Shown: positions 46,944 through 59,990, counted from the stretch's first letter. The stretch: 60,309 nucleotides of DNA from a virus (IMGVR_UViG_3300035670_000225:1-60309); one strand, 5' to 3'. Program-made: numbers and translations. Notes: generated by a model from the letters alone, not told the origin.

Positions 46944-49421
46944 ATGGGCACTGTAATTAAACATCGCCGCGGCTCGTCGCTTGCGCTCGTTAACGAAAAT
47001 CCAGTGCTAGCCGACGGTGAACTGTGCTTTGATACCGACGCGAACCTTTTCAAGATCGGCGACGGGGTGACGCCGTGGCTTGGTTTGCCGTTTATACAAA
47101 ACCCGCCCGCCGACGGAAGTATTCACGCCGGCAAAATATCTGACGGCGCGGTAACACTCGCCAAATTTGCGCCGGCGCCAAATAATCAAAATCCGGGGTT
47201 TTTGAAAACAAACGGGTACAGCGCCCCGATTGAATTTCAAACAGTAGCCAGCGGCAACAGATTTTTTAACTTCGCCGCGAATTACAATAGTTCAACTACT
47301 ATTCGACGCCTGCTTGGCGCCCAAACAAGTATTGGCAGTTTTTGGATTCAGCGCCCCAGCATAGGTAGAAACGGTGCAAGCGTTGCTTACGGCAACCGCA
47401 CATTTGTATTCGTAGCCGACAGCGGTAGTCAGCGCACGGGGTACTCAACAAACGGCGGCTACTCGTGGACATATGTAAACTCTGCTGCCGAAGGCAACGC
47501 GTGGTATTCCGTCACGTTTGGTGACGGCAAGTTCGTGGCCGTGGCCAATAGCGGCACGTCTGTCCGCGCTATGTATTCCATAAACAACGGGCAGTCGTGG
47601 ACGCTCTGCACGGTTCCTGCCGGCGTATCTACCGCGGCGTGGACCAGCGTAGCGTACGGCAACGGCACGTTTGTCGCTGTGTCGTCTAATGGCTTTGTGA
47701 TGTCCTCCGCGGACGGCATCACGTGGACGCAACGCACGCCTTCCACAACGAGCATTGCGTGGCAAGCGGTGACTTACGGCAATGGCGTATTTGTCGCCGT
47801 AGCAAGCGCCGGCGGGACGCGCATCATGACGTCGCCAGATGGCGTAACGTGGACGAGTCGATCAGGTTCGACAACACAAAACTGGACGGGTATCGCGTAC
47901 GGTGCTGGTTATTTTGTCGCGGCTGCGTTTAACTCTTCTGCAATTATGCGGTCAGTGGACGGAATTACGTGGCAAAGTATCAGCACCCCGTATTTCGGCG
48001 CGACGCGCGTGCATATAGCATTTGGCGGCGGCAAATTTGTGATAACGCGTCTCGGCGGAAGTTTCTCCGCCGGACAGTTTGTGATTGTGTCCGATGACGG
48101 CGGCGATACGTGGTGGTACCCGTTGCCGATAAACGATTACAATCTCGGCATTGATTTGATGCCGTATTCGACTAGCGTTCGCGGCAGTTGCTACGGCGGC
48201 GGTAAGTACGTCGCAATCGGTAATAGCCTACATTGGACAAGCGGCGCGTTTAGTCCAGATGAAAATTTGACCGACGCGCCGCTTGATTCTGCGTTTTATT
48301 TGCGCAAAAACGGCGACTGGCTGGCGGTGACGGAGGCTACGCTCACTGGCGCGACAGGCGTGCAAGGCGTTACGGGCCCAACCGGGCCAACGGGTCCTCA
48401 GGGTTTAACTGGCGTAAATGGCGCGACAGGCGTGCAAGGATCAACTGGACCTACAGGCCCGCAAGGCAATGTAGGCGCACAAGGCCCAACCGGCGCGACA
48501 GGCGTTCAAGGTTCGACGGGACCCACAGGGCCTCAAGGCATTCAAGGTGCGCAGGGTTTAACAGGTGTAACTGGCGTAACAGGTCCGCAAGGTATTCAAG
48601 GTAATGTTGGTGCAACTGGTGCGACAGGCGTTCAAGGAAACGTTGGTGTAACTGGGGCTACTGGTCCTCAAGGTGTTCAAGGAAACGTTGGTGTAACAGG
48701 CGCGACAGGCGCGCAGGGACTGACAGGCGTGCAGGGCGCAACTGGCGCCACAGGAGTGCAAGGCGCCACAGGCCCCGCGGGGCAAGGATTTTCTGACGGC
48801 GATAAAGGCGATATCACAATCAGCGGCTCGGGGGCCACGCTGACTATTGACAATCAGGCCGTAACGTACGCCAAGATTCAAAACGTTTCTGCTACCGACA
48901 AACTTTTAGGACGTTCTTCTGCCGGCTCGGGCGCTGTGGAAGAAATTACTTGCACCGCATTTGGGCGCAGTCTCATCGATGACGCCGACGCCGCTGCGGC
49001 CAGAACAACGTTGCTTGCCGCGCCGACTGATTCGCCGACGCTTACAGGCACAACAACATTAAATGGTCCGCTTTATTTGCTCGGCGGCTATAGTGAAAAA
49101 GTTGAAGCGCTGACGATCACTTCGTCCACGTTGACAATCGATCTCGCAGATTGCGCGTTATTCACGTGCACCCTCGACTCCGACATCACGACGTTTACGA
49201 TTTCAAATACGCCCGCGACCGCTGGACTGGCCACTGGTTTCACGCTAATTTTTACGGCTGACGGTACGGCACGCGCGGTGACATGGCCCCTGAGTGTAAA
49301 GTGGGCGGGCGGAACAGCGCCTACGCTGACAAGCACAAACGGAAAGAAAGACGTATTCAGTTTTTTGTCGCCGGATAACGGCACGACATGGCTTGGCTTT
49401 ATTGGCGGGCAGGATTACTGA
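46944..49421 (+). CDS. fibre protein: Mtd-N/hyaluronidase-type N-domain, beta-propeller, collagen segment
   Basis: NPVLADGE...FKIGDG.TPW..LP; repeated YGNG.FVAV...S.DG.TW; GXY repeats; C-terminal VTWP..VKW.GG.AP. Confidence 0.85.
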   Translation: MGTVIKHRRGSSLALVNENPVLADGELCFDTDANLFKIGDGVTPWLGLPFIQNPPADGSIHAGKISDGAVTLAKFAPAPNNQNPGFLKTNGYSAPIEFQTVASGNRFFNFAANYNSSTTIRRLLGAQTSIGSFWIQRPSIGRNGASVAYGNRTFVFVADSGSQRTGYSTNGGYSWTYVNSAAEGNAWYSVTFGDGKFVAVANSGTSVRAMYSINNGQSWTLCTVPAGVSTAAWTSVAYGNGTFVAVSSNGFVMSSADGITWTQRTPSTTSIAWQAVTYGNGVFVAVASAGGTRIMTSPDGVTWTSRSGSTTQNWTGIAYGAGYFVAAAFNSSAIMRSVDGITWQSISTPYFGATRVHIAFGGGKFVITRLGGSFSAGQFVIVSDDGGDTWWYPLPINDYNLGIDLMPYSTSVRGSCYGGGKYVAIGNSLHWTSGAFSPDENLTDAPLDSAFYLRKNGDWLAVTEATLTGATGVQGVTGPTGPTGPQGLTGVNGATGVQGSTGPTGPQGNVGAQGPTGATGVQGSTGPTGPQGIQGAQGLTGVTGVTGPQGIQGNVGATGATGVQGNVGVTGATGPQGVQGNVGVTGATGAQGLTGVQGATGATGVQGATGPAGQGFSDGDKGDITISGSGATLTIDNQAVTYAKIQNVSATDKLLGRSSAGSGAVEEITCTAFGRSLIDDADAAAARTTLLAAPTDSPTLTGTTTLNGPLYLLGGYSEKVEALTITSSTLTIDLADCALFTCTLDSDITTFTISNTPATAGLATGFTLIFTADGTARAVTWPLSVKWAGGTAPTLTSTNGKKDVFSFLSPDNGTTWLGFIGGQDY

Positions 49422-51610
49422 TGTTTGGCGGCATTGCCAGTAAACGAGGGCTTTTGCGCGCGGCGGCCGACGGCGACGCCGTATATGCTGTAGGTAGGTT
49501 TCGATTTTCGTCGCCCGGGCTTGCGCGTGCTAATCGCATTGTGCAGTTAAACGCAGACGGCTCGGTCGACACTGCGTTTAATATTGGCACCGGATTTGCA
49601 CAAAACGTTTCAGCAGTAGCGCTACAAAGTAATGGCAAACTTATCGTTGTTGGCGCTTTTTTAACTTACAACGGCTCGTCCGTCTCGCGGATCGTGCGGC
49701 TGAATACGGACGGAAGTCTTGATACGTCGTTTAACGTCGGAACGGGGCTAAACAACAGCGCTAATGACGTTGCAGTTCAAAGCGACGATAAAATCATTGT
49801 GGGCGGGGCTTTTAGCGCCTACAACGGCGCAACAGCCCCCCGGCTCATCCGATTAAACAGCGACGGAACACTTGATACAAGTTTTAATCCCGGCACAGGC
49901 CCGGGCAATTCGGTTAACGCTTTGACCCTGCAAAGTGACGGAAAAATTCTCATTGCGGGTTCTTTTGTAGACTACAATGGAACCGCACGAAATTATATTG
50001 CGCGTGTAAATTCAGACGGCGCGTTAGATACGACGTTTGACGTTGGAACAGGTTTTAGCAGCATTACCACCGCTATAGGATCGGATAGCACTGGCAAAGT
50101 AATTGTTGGCGGCCTTTTTAGCACGTTTAACGGCGTATCTCGAAACCGCATTGCACGACTAAATAGCGACGGCTCGTTGGATACGACTTTTGTTGTCGGA
50201 ACTGGTTTTAACAATCCGGTTTTTACAAGAAATATTGCTGTTCAAAGCGACAACAAAGTGATTTGCGGCGGCGACTTTTTTGCATACAACGGCACTACGG
50301 CCAATCGCGTAGCGCGGCTTGATACAAATGGCGCGCTCGACAATACATTTGGCAGCGGCGTAAACACGTCTGTTAACACCGTTGCGTTGCAACCTGATGG
50401 AAAAATTCTTATCAGCGGCGGTTTTGAATCATTTAACGATCAATTTGTTTCTCGTATTGTTCGTTGCAACACTGACGGAACTATAGACACAAGTTTTACG
50501 GCCGCAATCAACTCGGCCGCCACAGCGATAGCCGTGCGCGGCAACGGCAAAATAATTGCAGCAGGCGGTTTTACAACGGTCAACGGACAACGAGTCGACT
50601 TTTTAGTTCGAATCAAGAACGACGTGCGTGATCAGTCGCTTAACGTCTCCGGTAACTTTGACAATCAGATTAATCGGCTTGTTGTTCAGCCAGATGAAAA
50701 ATTAATTGTTTGCGGGACTTTTACGACGATCAGCGGAAATTCCCGAATGCGCGTTGCGCGGTTAAACGCCGACGGGTCTCTAGACACGACCTTCAACGTT
50801 GGAACTGGCTTTAATAACACTGTTAATGCTGCCGAGGCGACCTCTGACGGCAAGATTATTGCTGGCGGCGCGTTTCTGTCTTATAACGGCACGAGTATCA
50901 ACAGAATTGCGCGGCTTAACGATGACGGGTCGCTAGATACGACCTTCAACGTTGGAACTGGCTTTAATAACACTGTTAACGCGCTTGCTATTCAAGAAGA
51001 CGGAAAGATTCTAGTTGGCGGGTTTTTTACGGCTTATAACGGCGTCACGGCAAATAGAATAATACGTCTTAACGCAGATGGAACACACGACACAAGTTTT
51101 GCCATCGGCACCGGGCTCGCTAATGCAGTTAATGATTTTGCGTTGACGCCAGATGGTAAAATAATTGCTTGCGGTTCTTTTACTACTTATCAGAGCGTTG
51201 CCGCGTCACGAATTGTGCGCATCAACGCCGACGGTTCCAGAGATACTGCATTTAATATTGGAACAGGGTTTAACACGACTGTAAATTCTTGCGCGGTTCA
51301 AAGCGATGGAAAAATTGTTGCGGTCGGCGCGTTTTCGACATATAGCGGCGCGGGTTCAATTCGAATTGTTCGAATTAACGCAAACGGCTCCCGCGACACT
51401 GGATTTAATGTTGGAACCGGGTTTAATAGCACAGCAAACACTGTGCGAACACAGCCAGACGGGAAGGTATTGGTAGGCGGGTTTTTTACGGGCTACAACA
51501 ATACCGATGTGCGATATATTGTGCGGCTTACGGATTCTGGCGCGATAGACAATACTTTTGACTTCGCGTTCGACAATGCAGTTGATCGCGTACTATTTGT
51601 GCCAGCGTAG
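49421..51610 (+). CDS. delta-60 (DUF5122) repeat beta-propeller protein
   Basis: About 14 repeats of Q.DGKI..GG.F..YNG....I.RLN.DG.LD.TF. Confidence 0.9.
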   Translation: MFGGIASKRGLLRAAADGDAVYAVGRFRFSSPGLARANRIVQLNADGSVDTAFNIGTGFAQNVSAVALQSNGKLIVVGAFLTYNGSSVSRIVRLNTDGSLDTSFNVGTGLNNSANDVAVQSDDKIIVGGAFSAYNGATAPRLIRLNSDGTLDTSFNPGTGPGNSVNALTLQSDGKILIAGSFVDYNGTARNYIARVNSDGALDTTFDVGTGFSSITTAIGSDSTGKVIVGGLFSTFNGVSRNRIARLNSDGSLDTTFVVGTGFNNPVFTRNIAVQSDNKVICGGDFFAYNGTTANRVARLDTNGALDNTFGSGVNTSVNTVALQPDGKILISGGFESFNDQFVSRIVRCNTDGTIDTSFTAAINSAATAIAVRGNGKIIAAGGFTTVNGQRVDFLVRIKNDVRDQSLNVSGNFDNQINRLVVQPDEKLIVCGTFTTISGNSRMRVARLNADGSLDTTFNVGTGFNNTVNAAEATSDGKIIAGGAFLSYNGTSINRIARLNDDGSLDTTFNVGTGFNNTVNALAIQEDGKILVGGFFTAYNGVTANRIIRLNADGTHDTSFAIGTGLANAVNDFALTPDGKIIACGSFTTYQSVAASRIVRINADGSRDTAFNIGTGFNTTVNSCAVQSDGKIVAVGAFSTYSGAGSIRIVRINANGSRDTGFNVGTGFNSTANTVRTQPDGKVLVGGFFTGYNNTDVRYIVRLTDSGAIDNTFDFAFDNAVDRVLFVPA

Positions 51611-51632
51611 CGCGAAGTAATAAGGAGTAGTT

Positions 51633-52166
51633 ATGCGTTATGCGGAAGTTTCTGCGGCCGGCGACGTCGTGCGCACTTACACACAGTTACCGAAATCGTA
51701 TCGCAACATCTCAAACTTTTTTGCGCTTAATCCAGAGCGCCTTAAAGATTTGAGTTGGAGCGGTAACGACGACGTTATGTTTTACGAGTACGTCGAGGAT
51801 CGCCCGCCCACCGAGGCCGGAATGGTTGCTTCCGGGCCAATTTATACAGTTGATCACGCTGCCGGGAAAGTTATCGGCGTTTTTACTAATGTCGCCGCCC
51901 CGCCCCCGGCCCTGCCAGTTGTGCCAGAATCGATCTCCGCGCGGCAAATTCGAATGTGGCTTGTCAGCCGCGGCTACAGTTTGGCCGCAGTTGAAGCCGC
52001 TATTGAATCAATTGACGACGCTACGCAGCGCGAACTGGTGCGTATTGAGTGGGAATACGCACCTTACGTGGAACGCACGCACCCGGTCGTTATGTCGGTT
52101 GCCGCGAGCCTAGAAATGACCGCTGAAGATGTTGATCAGGCTTTTATAGAGGCCAGCCTTCTTTGA
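51633..52166 (+). CDS. fibre-assembly-type protein
   Basis: VPESISARQIR..L...EWEYA...R.HP...D.AF C-terminal domain; SD TAAGGAG. Confidence 0.6.
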   Translation: MRYAEVSAAGDVVRTYTQLPKSYRNISNFFALNPERLKDLSWSGNDDVMFYEYVEDRPPTEAGMVASGPIYTVDHAAGKVIGVFTNVAAPPPALPVVPESISARQIRMWLVSRGYSLAAVEAAIESIDDATQRELVRIEWEYAPYVERTHPVVMSVAASLEMTAEDVDQAFIEASLL

Positions 52167-52223
52167 ATTTTGCAGCGCTGTTTTTAATTGAGTAGCGGAT
52201 ACACGTAACAACCAGAGCGTCGA

Positions 52224-52325
52224 ATGAAAACTTTGAATGCGTTTATGGCATTTATTTGTATCACCGCCACCGTGCTGGCGGCAATTTTGTCGTGGGCGCT
52301 GATCTACTTACGGCCGGCGCTGTAA
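52224..52325 (+). CDS. 33-aa single-TM peptide
   Basis: MKTLNAFMAFICITATVLAAILSWALIYLRPAL. Confidence 0.4.
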   Translation: MKTLNAFMAFICITATVLAAILSWALIYLRPAL

Positions 52326-52427
52326 TTGTTTGTTGTTTTGTGCGTTATTTGCGCCGTTTAAACAGTAGATCGTGTGTACAAAATGTGCTATTTTATATGG
52401 CAGAAACCTCTGCTGCGAGAATAGCCC

Positions 52428-54440
<2,013 letters not shown>

Positions 54441-54445
54441 TTATT

Positions 54446-54820
54446 ATGCGTGGGCACCTTGGCTTTCGAATTCGACCCCGACTCCCCGTAGATGTTGTCA
54501 TCACGCAAATAACGCAAGACGCGCTCATATATCAGCCGCCGATCCCAGATGTTGTCATCACGCAAATAACGCAAGACGCGCTCATATATCAGCCGCCGAT
54601 CCCAGATGTTGTCATCACGCAAATAACTCAAGACGCCCTGTTATATGCGCAGCCAGAAAATGAACTACGACTAACTCAACTGGCGTCTGACGTTTTGCTA
54701 TATGCGCAAGCAGAAAATGAACTACGGCTAACTCAACTGGCGGCTGACGTTTTGCTATATGCGCAGCCGGAATCTGAAATTAGAGTGACACAAATTTCAA
54801 TCGATGTTTTAACCTATTGA
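54446..54820 (+). CDS. 19-aa tandem repeat protein
   Basis: Six units of (D/E)hhhTQh..Dhh.Y. Confidence 0.7.
   Translation: MRGHLGFRIRPRLPVDVVITQITQDALIYQPPIPDVVITQITQDALIYQPPIPDVVITQITQDALLYAQPENELRLTQLASDVLLYAQAENELRLTQLAADVLLYAQPESEIRVTQISIDVLTY
54491..54817 (+). repeat. 57-bp coding tandem repeat, about 6 units in two subtypes
   Basis: Units start at 54491, 54548, 54605, 54662, 54719 and 54776; the first two are identical. Confidence 0.9.
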
Positions 54821-54830
54821 GCAACAAATC

Positions 54831-56012
54831 ATGAGCGTAATTTTTTTCGAAGGTTTTACTAACGCCACCATTTCCGCTTCTGTGCCCAATAACGGCTTAG
54901 ACCCCGCGTATTTGATTCCTACGGGTATATCTACTGCGAACAATAGCGCTATTCCTCCTTTTGTTGCATTTACAAGAAACAGCAGCAGCCGCCTAAAATT
55001 AACCAACATCGGCACACATGCGAATAAGAAGTTGTATTTTGGATTGCGCGTTAATTACTATGAAACAACGCCCGCTCTTCCGCTGAAAATTCTTGAGGTT
55101 TACAACGATTTAGACGCGCCTGTTTTGTCAATAGAGCCCGTGCATGAGTACAACAGCGCCGTTGCCGCAGCCAAACCGAACGTATTACTAGATGTAAAAG
55201 ACGCAAACGACGTAGTTCTCGGTACATTTGTGGTATCAACAATAATTGCCGATACAGGTTTTTCTAAGAATGACGCCGACAGTTCAAGCGGTTATGGATT
55301 TTTTAACAACACATTAAAAGTTTTGGAATTTGAATTTGATCTAGTAGCAAATACTGTTGCCATGAGGTACGAGGGTCAGCCGCTAGTGACGACAACAAAC
55401 GCGGCTAACGTTTCGCTTCCGGCGGGCGGATTCGCTATTGGCGGCTTCGCTACATATCCCACGTCCGCCGGCGTAAATTACGTCGGCTCTCAAACGCATA
55501 TCTACGATCTTTACCTTGTCGATAATCAGGGGACTTTTGCAAATTCGTGGCTTGGGAAAGAATTTTCTATACAGCGAGTCAGTCTGCTCGGAAATCCGTT
55601 ATTGAGTGACGGCTGGGTAGATCAGACTAACGCAACGTCTTTTAACGTAAGCGCGATTAATTCGTTTGACGGTGACGCCACGTATGCTCGCACGGGCACG
55701 TATCCTAACAATCTTTTATTTAGTGCCGCTACGGCCACGCCGCCGCAGGCTACGCCAATCATCGCCGGAATCAGAGTGCAGAGTGACGCGCGGAAATCGA
55801 CTGATAACTCGAAATATGTGCATATTTTCCAGAGCCCAGATACGGCCGAGATATACGAAATCGGCAGCCCGCGGCTGCTTACAAACATTAATTACGCTAA
55901 ATATACGCAGTTCATCAACGAAAATCCCGAGCGAGTAGGTGACGCGTGGAGTGTTGATGACATTAACAACGGCGGTTCGTTTGGCGTTAGGTCGCTCGAC
56001 CCGGACGCCTGA
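54831..56012 (+). CDS. virion-associated beta-rich protein
   Basis: IFFEGF start; IYDLYLVD...WLG; NP...AWS..DIN...FGV end. Confidence 0.65.
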   Translation: MSVIFFEGFTNATISASVPNNGLDPAYLIPTGISTANNSAIPPFVAFTRNSSSRLKLTNIGTHANKKLYFGLRVNYYETTPALPLKILEVYNDLDAPVLSIEPVHEYNSAVAAAKPNVLLDVKDANDVVLGTFVVSTIIADTGFSKNDADSSSGYGFFNNTLKVLEFEFDLVANTVAMRYEGQPLVTTTNAANVSLPAGGFAIGGFATYPTSAGVNYVGSQTHIYDLYLVDNQGTFANSWLGKEFSIQRVSLLGNPLLSDGWVDQTNATSFNVSAINSFDGDATYARTGTYPNNLLFSAATATPPQATPIIAGIRVQSDARKSTDNSKYVHIFQSPDTAEIYEIGSPRLLTNINYAKYTQFINENPERVGDAWSVDDINNGGSFGVRSLDPDA

Positions 56013-56016
56013 TACT

Positions 56017-56586
56017 ATGGCCAAACTCACTATTATCAATTCGTGCTGCGGGCCGCGGTTGCGCACTGAAGGATGTAACGGGCCGCTTGTACTAGCAAAT
56101 GAAGAGGACGATAAGGGCTGCTGTTGCGACGAGTGCCCCGAAGAATGCAGCGTCACGCAATATGGTCTATTGCAGGATGACTCCGGCTGGTCGGTGGATG
56201 CGGCCCCGACCGCTTTGCCAATTGAAATTAGTTTTAAGTATGAAAACGCGTCGAGCACCGGCTGCGGCGGTTCAAACAACAATGCGCAAGGCGGGTCGGT
56301 TACTTGTTGTTTTCGGCTTCAGGAAGAGAGCACAATTGAACTTGATGTGTCAGGGCCGGTAGAACAACAAAACGAAGGTTTTGACTTCGGCCGTATAGAG
56401 GTTGGCGGCGTTACTGCGAAAATCGGCAGTTTTGGCCGCGGGCTACAGTGCGTAATGATTGACACACAAGATACGCAAACAGTTGTGTTGCCGGCCGGCG
56501 TGCACAGTTACACCATAACCGCGGGAACTAATGACGGTTTATGGCATCAAAACATGACGCATACGTTTAAAATTCGCAAAACTTAA
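56017..56586 (+). CDS. Cys-rich beta-sandwich hypothetical protein
   Basis: SCCG, CCCDEC, T.DGLWH. Confidence 0.65.
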   Translation: MAKLTIINSCCGPRLRTEGCNGPLVLANEEDDKGCCCDECPEECSVTQYGLLQDDSGWSVDAAPTALPIEISFKYENASSTGCGGSNNNAQGGSVTCCFRLQEESTIELDVSGPVEQQNEGFDFGRIEVGGVTAKIGSFGRGLQCVMIDTQDTQTVVLPAGVHSYTITAGTNDGLWHQNMTHTFKIRKT

Positions 56587-57173
56587 TGCCTAAACTCTAC
56601 TTTCGGTACGGCACCGTCGGCAGCGCCAAGACGCTCAATCTTCTCGCCGTAGCGCACAACTACCGCCAGCAGGGCAAGAAAGTCCTGCTCGTCAAGCCCG
56701 AACTCGACACGCGGTTTGGCGTAGATATCATTAAGACGCGCGCCGGATTAGAAATGCCGGCCGATGTTTTGGTTCCGCCTGTCGGACCTGCGCGGCTCCC
56801 CGATTTAGCCGGCGTCGTTTGTATTCTCGTTGACGAGGCCCAATTTTTGTCGCCGACTGCGATTGACCAGTTTCACCAAATCGTTCACGACAGCCCCAAA
56901 ATCCCAGTTATTTGCTACGGGCTGCGCGCGGATTTTCGCCGCCAATTATTTCCCGCAGCCGCTCGCCTCGCGGAACTTGCCGATACTATTGAGGAAGTCA
57001 AAACCACGTGCCATTTCTGCTTGCGGAAAGCCGTATTCAACCTTAAACTGCTCGACGGCGTGCCCACTATGTTCGGGCCGTCTGTTGAACTGGGCTGCGA
57101 AGAAAAGTATCTACCCGCGTGCGCCGGCTGTTTTAACGAGCAACATAGACGTGCTGGGAACTCAAACTGCTGA
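56586..57173 (+). CDS. tdk: thymidine kinase (type II)
   Basis: KLYFRYGTVGSAKT, DTR, VDEAQFL, YGLRADF, zinc-binding Cys pairs. Confidence 0.95.
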   Translation: MPKLYFRYGTVGSAKTLNLLAVAHNYRQQGKKVLLVKPELDTRFGVDIIKTRAGLEMPADVLVPPVGPARLPDLAGVVCILVDEAQFLSPTAIDQFHQIVHDSPKIPVICYGLRADFRRQLFPAAARLAELADTIEEVKTTCHFCLRKAVFNLKLLDGVPTMFGPSVELGCEEKYLPACAGCFNEQHRRAGNSNC

Positions 57174-57188
57174 CCGTACTCACGCACG

Positions 57189-57449
57189 ATGGTTACGCAC
57201 GTTGTTATTTTGTTGGGCTGTTTTGCTGCAATCATTGCGGCATTTCTTTTTCTGGCCGCGCGCGACGAACGAGATACGCGGCGCCGCAAACAGCAGTACG
57301 AAGAAGAAAGACAGCGCTTCCGCAACGAAATCGACGCAATTTTGGCGCGCGCTGTGGCTCAACAAAAAGAAGATAAGCCAGCCATGGGTTTGCCGGTCAC
57401 CAATAAAGAACGGCAAGATCGGCGTCGAGTAATCAAGTTGTACCCTTAG
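57189..57449 (+). CDS. small membrane-anchored protein
   Basis: N-terminal TM helix followed by a charged coil. Confidence 0.6.
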   Translation: MVTHVVILLGCFAAIIAAFLFLAARDERDTRRRKQQYEEERQRFRNEIDAILARAVAQQKEDKPAMGLPVTNKERQDRRRVIKLYP

Positions 57450-57469
57450 TCTGACTTTTAGGAGAAGTT

Positions 57470-57928
57470 ATGGGTTGCTGCAATAAACAAGGCGGCTGCT
57501 CCAAGCAAGAAAAAGACTTGCCCACCGACGCGCTGCTTGAATCCTTGTCAGGACTAAGCGCCGATCTCGTTGGGAAGTTACTTCAAGTTGCGGCGGCAGG
57601 ATTAAAAGCCAACACGCTGCTCCGCCAATTTGGATTCACGGGCACAAAAGCCGGAGAACTCGCCAAACGGATCGCCGACTTGGCTATTGAAAACGAGTAT
57701 TTGCGCAGTGTATTAGATTTGTATTCTCCGGTCACCTTCAATGCGGCCGCCAGTCAGGTCGAGATTTTTTTCGGCCCGGGCAACGAGTATGTGTTAAAAA
57801 TTCCGCTTACATCAAAGAGCGATCGCGAACGGATTGTCACGCAATTACGCGCGGCAGCCGATAAACTGGCTCGCGTTGAAGACTCCGCAGAAACAACCCA
57901 GCAATTCTTACCGTTTTTCGACAAGTAA
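57470..57928 (+). CDS. hypothetical protein
   Basis: SD AGGAG. Confidence 0.7.
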   Translation: MGCCNKQGGCSKQEKDLPTDALLESLSGLSADLVGKLLQVAAAGLKANTLLRQFGFTGTKAGELAKRIADLAIENEYLRSVLDLYSPVTFNAAASQVEIFFGPGNEYVLKIPLTSKSDRERIVTQLRAAADKLARVEDSAETTQQFLPFFDK

Positions 57929-57951
57929 ACTCGGCTGTCAAAGGATTGACA

Positions 57952-59082
57952 ATGGCTAAACCGACGCTGCACCTAATCGGCATTTTTCACACAATTCACA
58001 ATCAGGCGTATTCGCATTGCGCGTTTACCGGGAAAGCCCTGCGCTTTTCTAAGATGATGCGCCCGTTTGGTTACAACGTCATCGAATACGCTAACGAGGG
58101 CAGCGAAAGCGAAGCCGACGAAAAAGTGCCGATGTTGCTTAAATCGCAGTTTGACGAATACATCGGCCGCCGCGACAAAACAGCCTTTCATGGAGACGTC
58201 GCAACTGTTGGTACAAAGCCGCATCAAATTTTTGAATCCAAACTGATCGCGGAAATGAGCAAACGGATTAAACCAAAAGACTTGATCTGCCACCCATTCG
58301 GCCACGCTCATTCTCGTTTATTGCAAGAATTTCCCAAGCACACGCACATTGAAACCGGCATCGGTTACCCGACGCTGGTAAAAGGCACAATGCGTATTTT
58401 TGAATCCGAAGCGTGGCGGCACTACCACTGCGCCAAGGAAGACAGGCAAGGCACAAACTACGAGTGGGTTATTCCTAACTACTTTGATATCGATCACTGG
58501 TCGCCCAAATATGAGCCCGGGCAATACTACGCTTTCTTGGGTCGGATTTCGTCGTGCAAAGGGCTCGATACAATTAAAGAAATCGCGAAATACATCGGCA
58601 ACAAAAAAATTATTCTGTGCGGACAGGGCGATCCAACTCCGTGGCAACACCCCAACATCGAATACTGGGGGCCGATTACCGGTCAGCAACGCAGCGAATT
58701 TATGCGTAACGCAATTTGCTCGCTGATGCCCACAAACTTTTTAGAGCCGTTTGGCGGTTCTGGCGTGGAAGGCATGTTATGCGGCACACCGCTAGTATCC
58801 ACAGATTACGGCGCATTCACAGAAACCGTAGTGCCGGGCTTGACGGGTTATCGGTGCAAGACGTTGCGGGACTGGCTAGAGGCGCTGGAAATCGTCGGTG
58901 ATTTGGATCGCAGAAAAGTGGCTGAACACGCGAGGCATAAATATAGTCTGCAAACATGTGGCGCAATGTACGACAAGGCGTTTACGCAAATTTACGAATT
59001 ATACGGTAAAGGCTGGTACACGCTTCCCGATAAGTATAAACAGCGCAAAATTGACGCGCCGCCAGTTTCGAATCCCGGCTAA
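57952..59082 (+). CDS. GT4-family glycosyltransferase
   Basis: FLGRI...KG, EPFGGSGVEGMLCGTP..TDYGAFTETV..G.TGY. Confidence 0.9.
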   Translation: MAKPTLHLIGIFHTIHNQAYSHCAFTGKALRFSKMMRPFGYNVIEYANEGSESEADEKVPMLLKSQFDEYIGRRDKTAFHGDVATVGTKPHQIFESKLIAEMSKRIKPKDLICHPFGHAHSRLLQEFPKHTHIETGIGYPTLVKGTMRIFESEAWRHYHCAKEDRQGTNYEWVIPNYFDIDHWSPKYEPGQYYAFLGRISSCKGLDTIKEIAKYIGNKKIILCGQGDPTPWQHPNIEYWGPITGQQRSEFMRNAICSLMPTNFLEPFGGSGVEGMLCGTPLVSTDYGAFTETVVPGLTGYRCKTLRDWLEALEIVGDLDRRKVAEHARHKYSLQTCGAMYDKAFTQIYELYGKGWYTLPDKYKQRKIDAPPVSNPG

Positions 59083-59118
59083 ATTTTTGCCAAAAACCGG
59101 GCATATTCTTAGCACCCC
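59080..59118 (+). promoter_or_regulatory. conserved 39-bp intergenic motif, copy 2
   Basis: 31/39 ungapped identity to 33031-33069. Confidence 0.7.
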
Positions 59119-59172
59119 CGTGGTTCTTTATTACGGGACTTGGGTGCGCGTTTCGACACCGGGAGGGAACCC

Positions 59173-59352
59173 ATGTCCACGCTTCGTCTGCTTCGCGAGG
59201 TCGCGATGTTTGTCGCCGTTGTCGGTGGCGCAGCGCTCGGTTATGCCGCGGGTCAAAGTTTTGAATCCGGCGGGCAACTCGTGTGTGCGTTTGTCGGCAT
59301 GGGGGCCTTCGGGGCTTTCGCGGACATCTGTCTGCGCGGAGGAAAAAACTGA
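59173..59352 (+). CDS. small two-TM membrane protein
   Basis: SD GGAGG; two hydrophobic segments. Confidence 0.6.
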   Translation: MSTLRLLREVAMFVAVVGGAALGYAAGQSFESGGQLVCAFVGMGAFGAFADICLRGGKN

Positions 59353-59984
59353 TGATGCAACTTGTACGTGCGTTGTTTCTTTCGACGTTCTGGTGGTGGA
59401 TGGCGGTACTGGCGTTCGTGCTCGGCTACGCGACGTATGTCAACGCTGAGCGCCCGGAAGAGATGGAGATTCGCGCGGCTCTCGATCAAAACTTCGAGGC
59501 CTACAATCGCGAAGACGTGCCGGCGATGATGGCGACGCTCTCTCCCACGCTACCGCGGCGGGACGAGTTTGCGCAGCAGTCGGCGGCCCTGTTTCGCGAC
59601 AACGACGCGTATATCAGCGTGCTCGATTTTGAATTGCTAGAGGTGCGCGGGCAGTACGCTGTCGCCCGCGTTATCCAAGGCACGACAACCCGAGACGACG
59701 CGCCTGAGCCCACGCCCGAAGAAGCCTTTTATCGAGAACACTCTAAACTCTTGCCCAGCGAGGCGGAGACAGAATATGTTCAAGGCTTCAAAAAGGAGCG
59801 GGGCAAATGGCGGCTATGGTTGGTCATGACGCAGCCGCGAAAGCCCTTCGTCGGCTACACTGACGACGGCGTGTATCACGGCCCGAACGCGGCCGAGATT
59901 AATCGCAGGAACGGCGTAAAAACGCGGAGTCATTGCCCGGGCGGAAACTGTTCATTTCCGCGAATTCGGGTGACGGCGCAGTGA
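59352..59984 (+). CDS. membrane-anchored or exported NTF2/SnoaL-like protein
   Basis: Hydrophobic leader; EIRAAL...AYNRED; F.KE.G.W.L; C-terminal CPGGNC. Confidence 0.6.
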   Translation: MMQLVRALFLSTFWWWMAVLAFVLGYATYVNAERPEEMEIRAALDQNFEAYNREDVPAMMATLSPTLPRRDEFAQQSAALFRDNDAYISVLDFELLEVRGQYAVARVIQGTTTRDDAPEPTPEEAFYREHSKLLPSEAETEYVQGFKKERGKWRLWLVMTQPRKPFVGYTDDGVYHGPNAAEINRRNGVKTRSHCPGGNCSFPRIRVTAQ

Positions 59985-59990
59985 GTGGTT

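Noticed and set aside
46944-47110. Diversity-generating retroelement suggested by the Mtd-N-like domain
   Set aside because: No reverse transcriptase and no template/variable repeat pair differing at adenines was seen in the window.
54491-54817. 57-bp repeats as a CRISPR or TIGR guide array
   Set aside because: There are no unique spacers, the period is a multiple of 3, and the frame stays open with synonymous and conservative changes, so it is a coding repeat.
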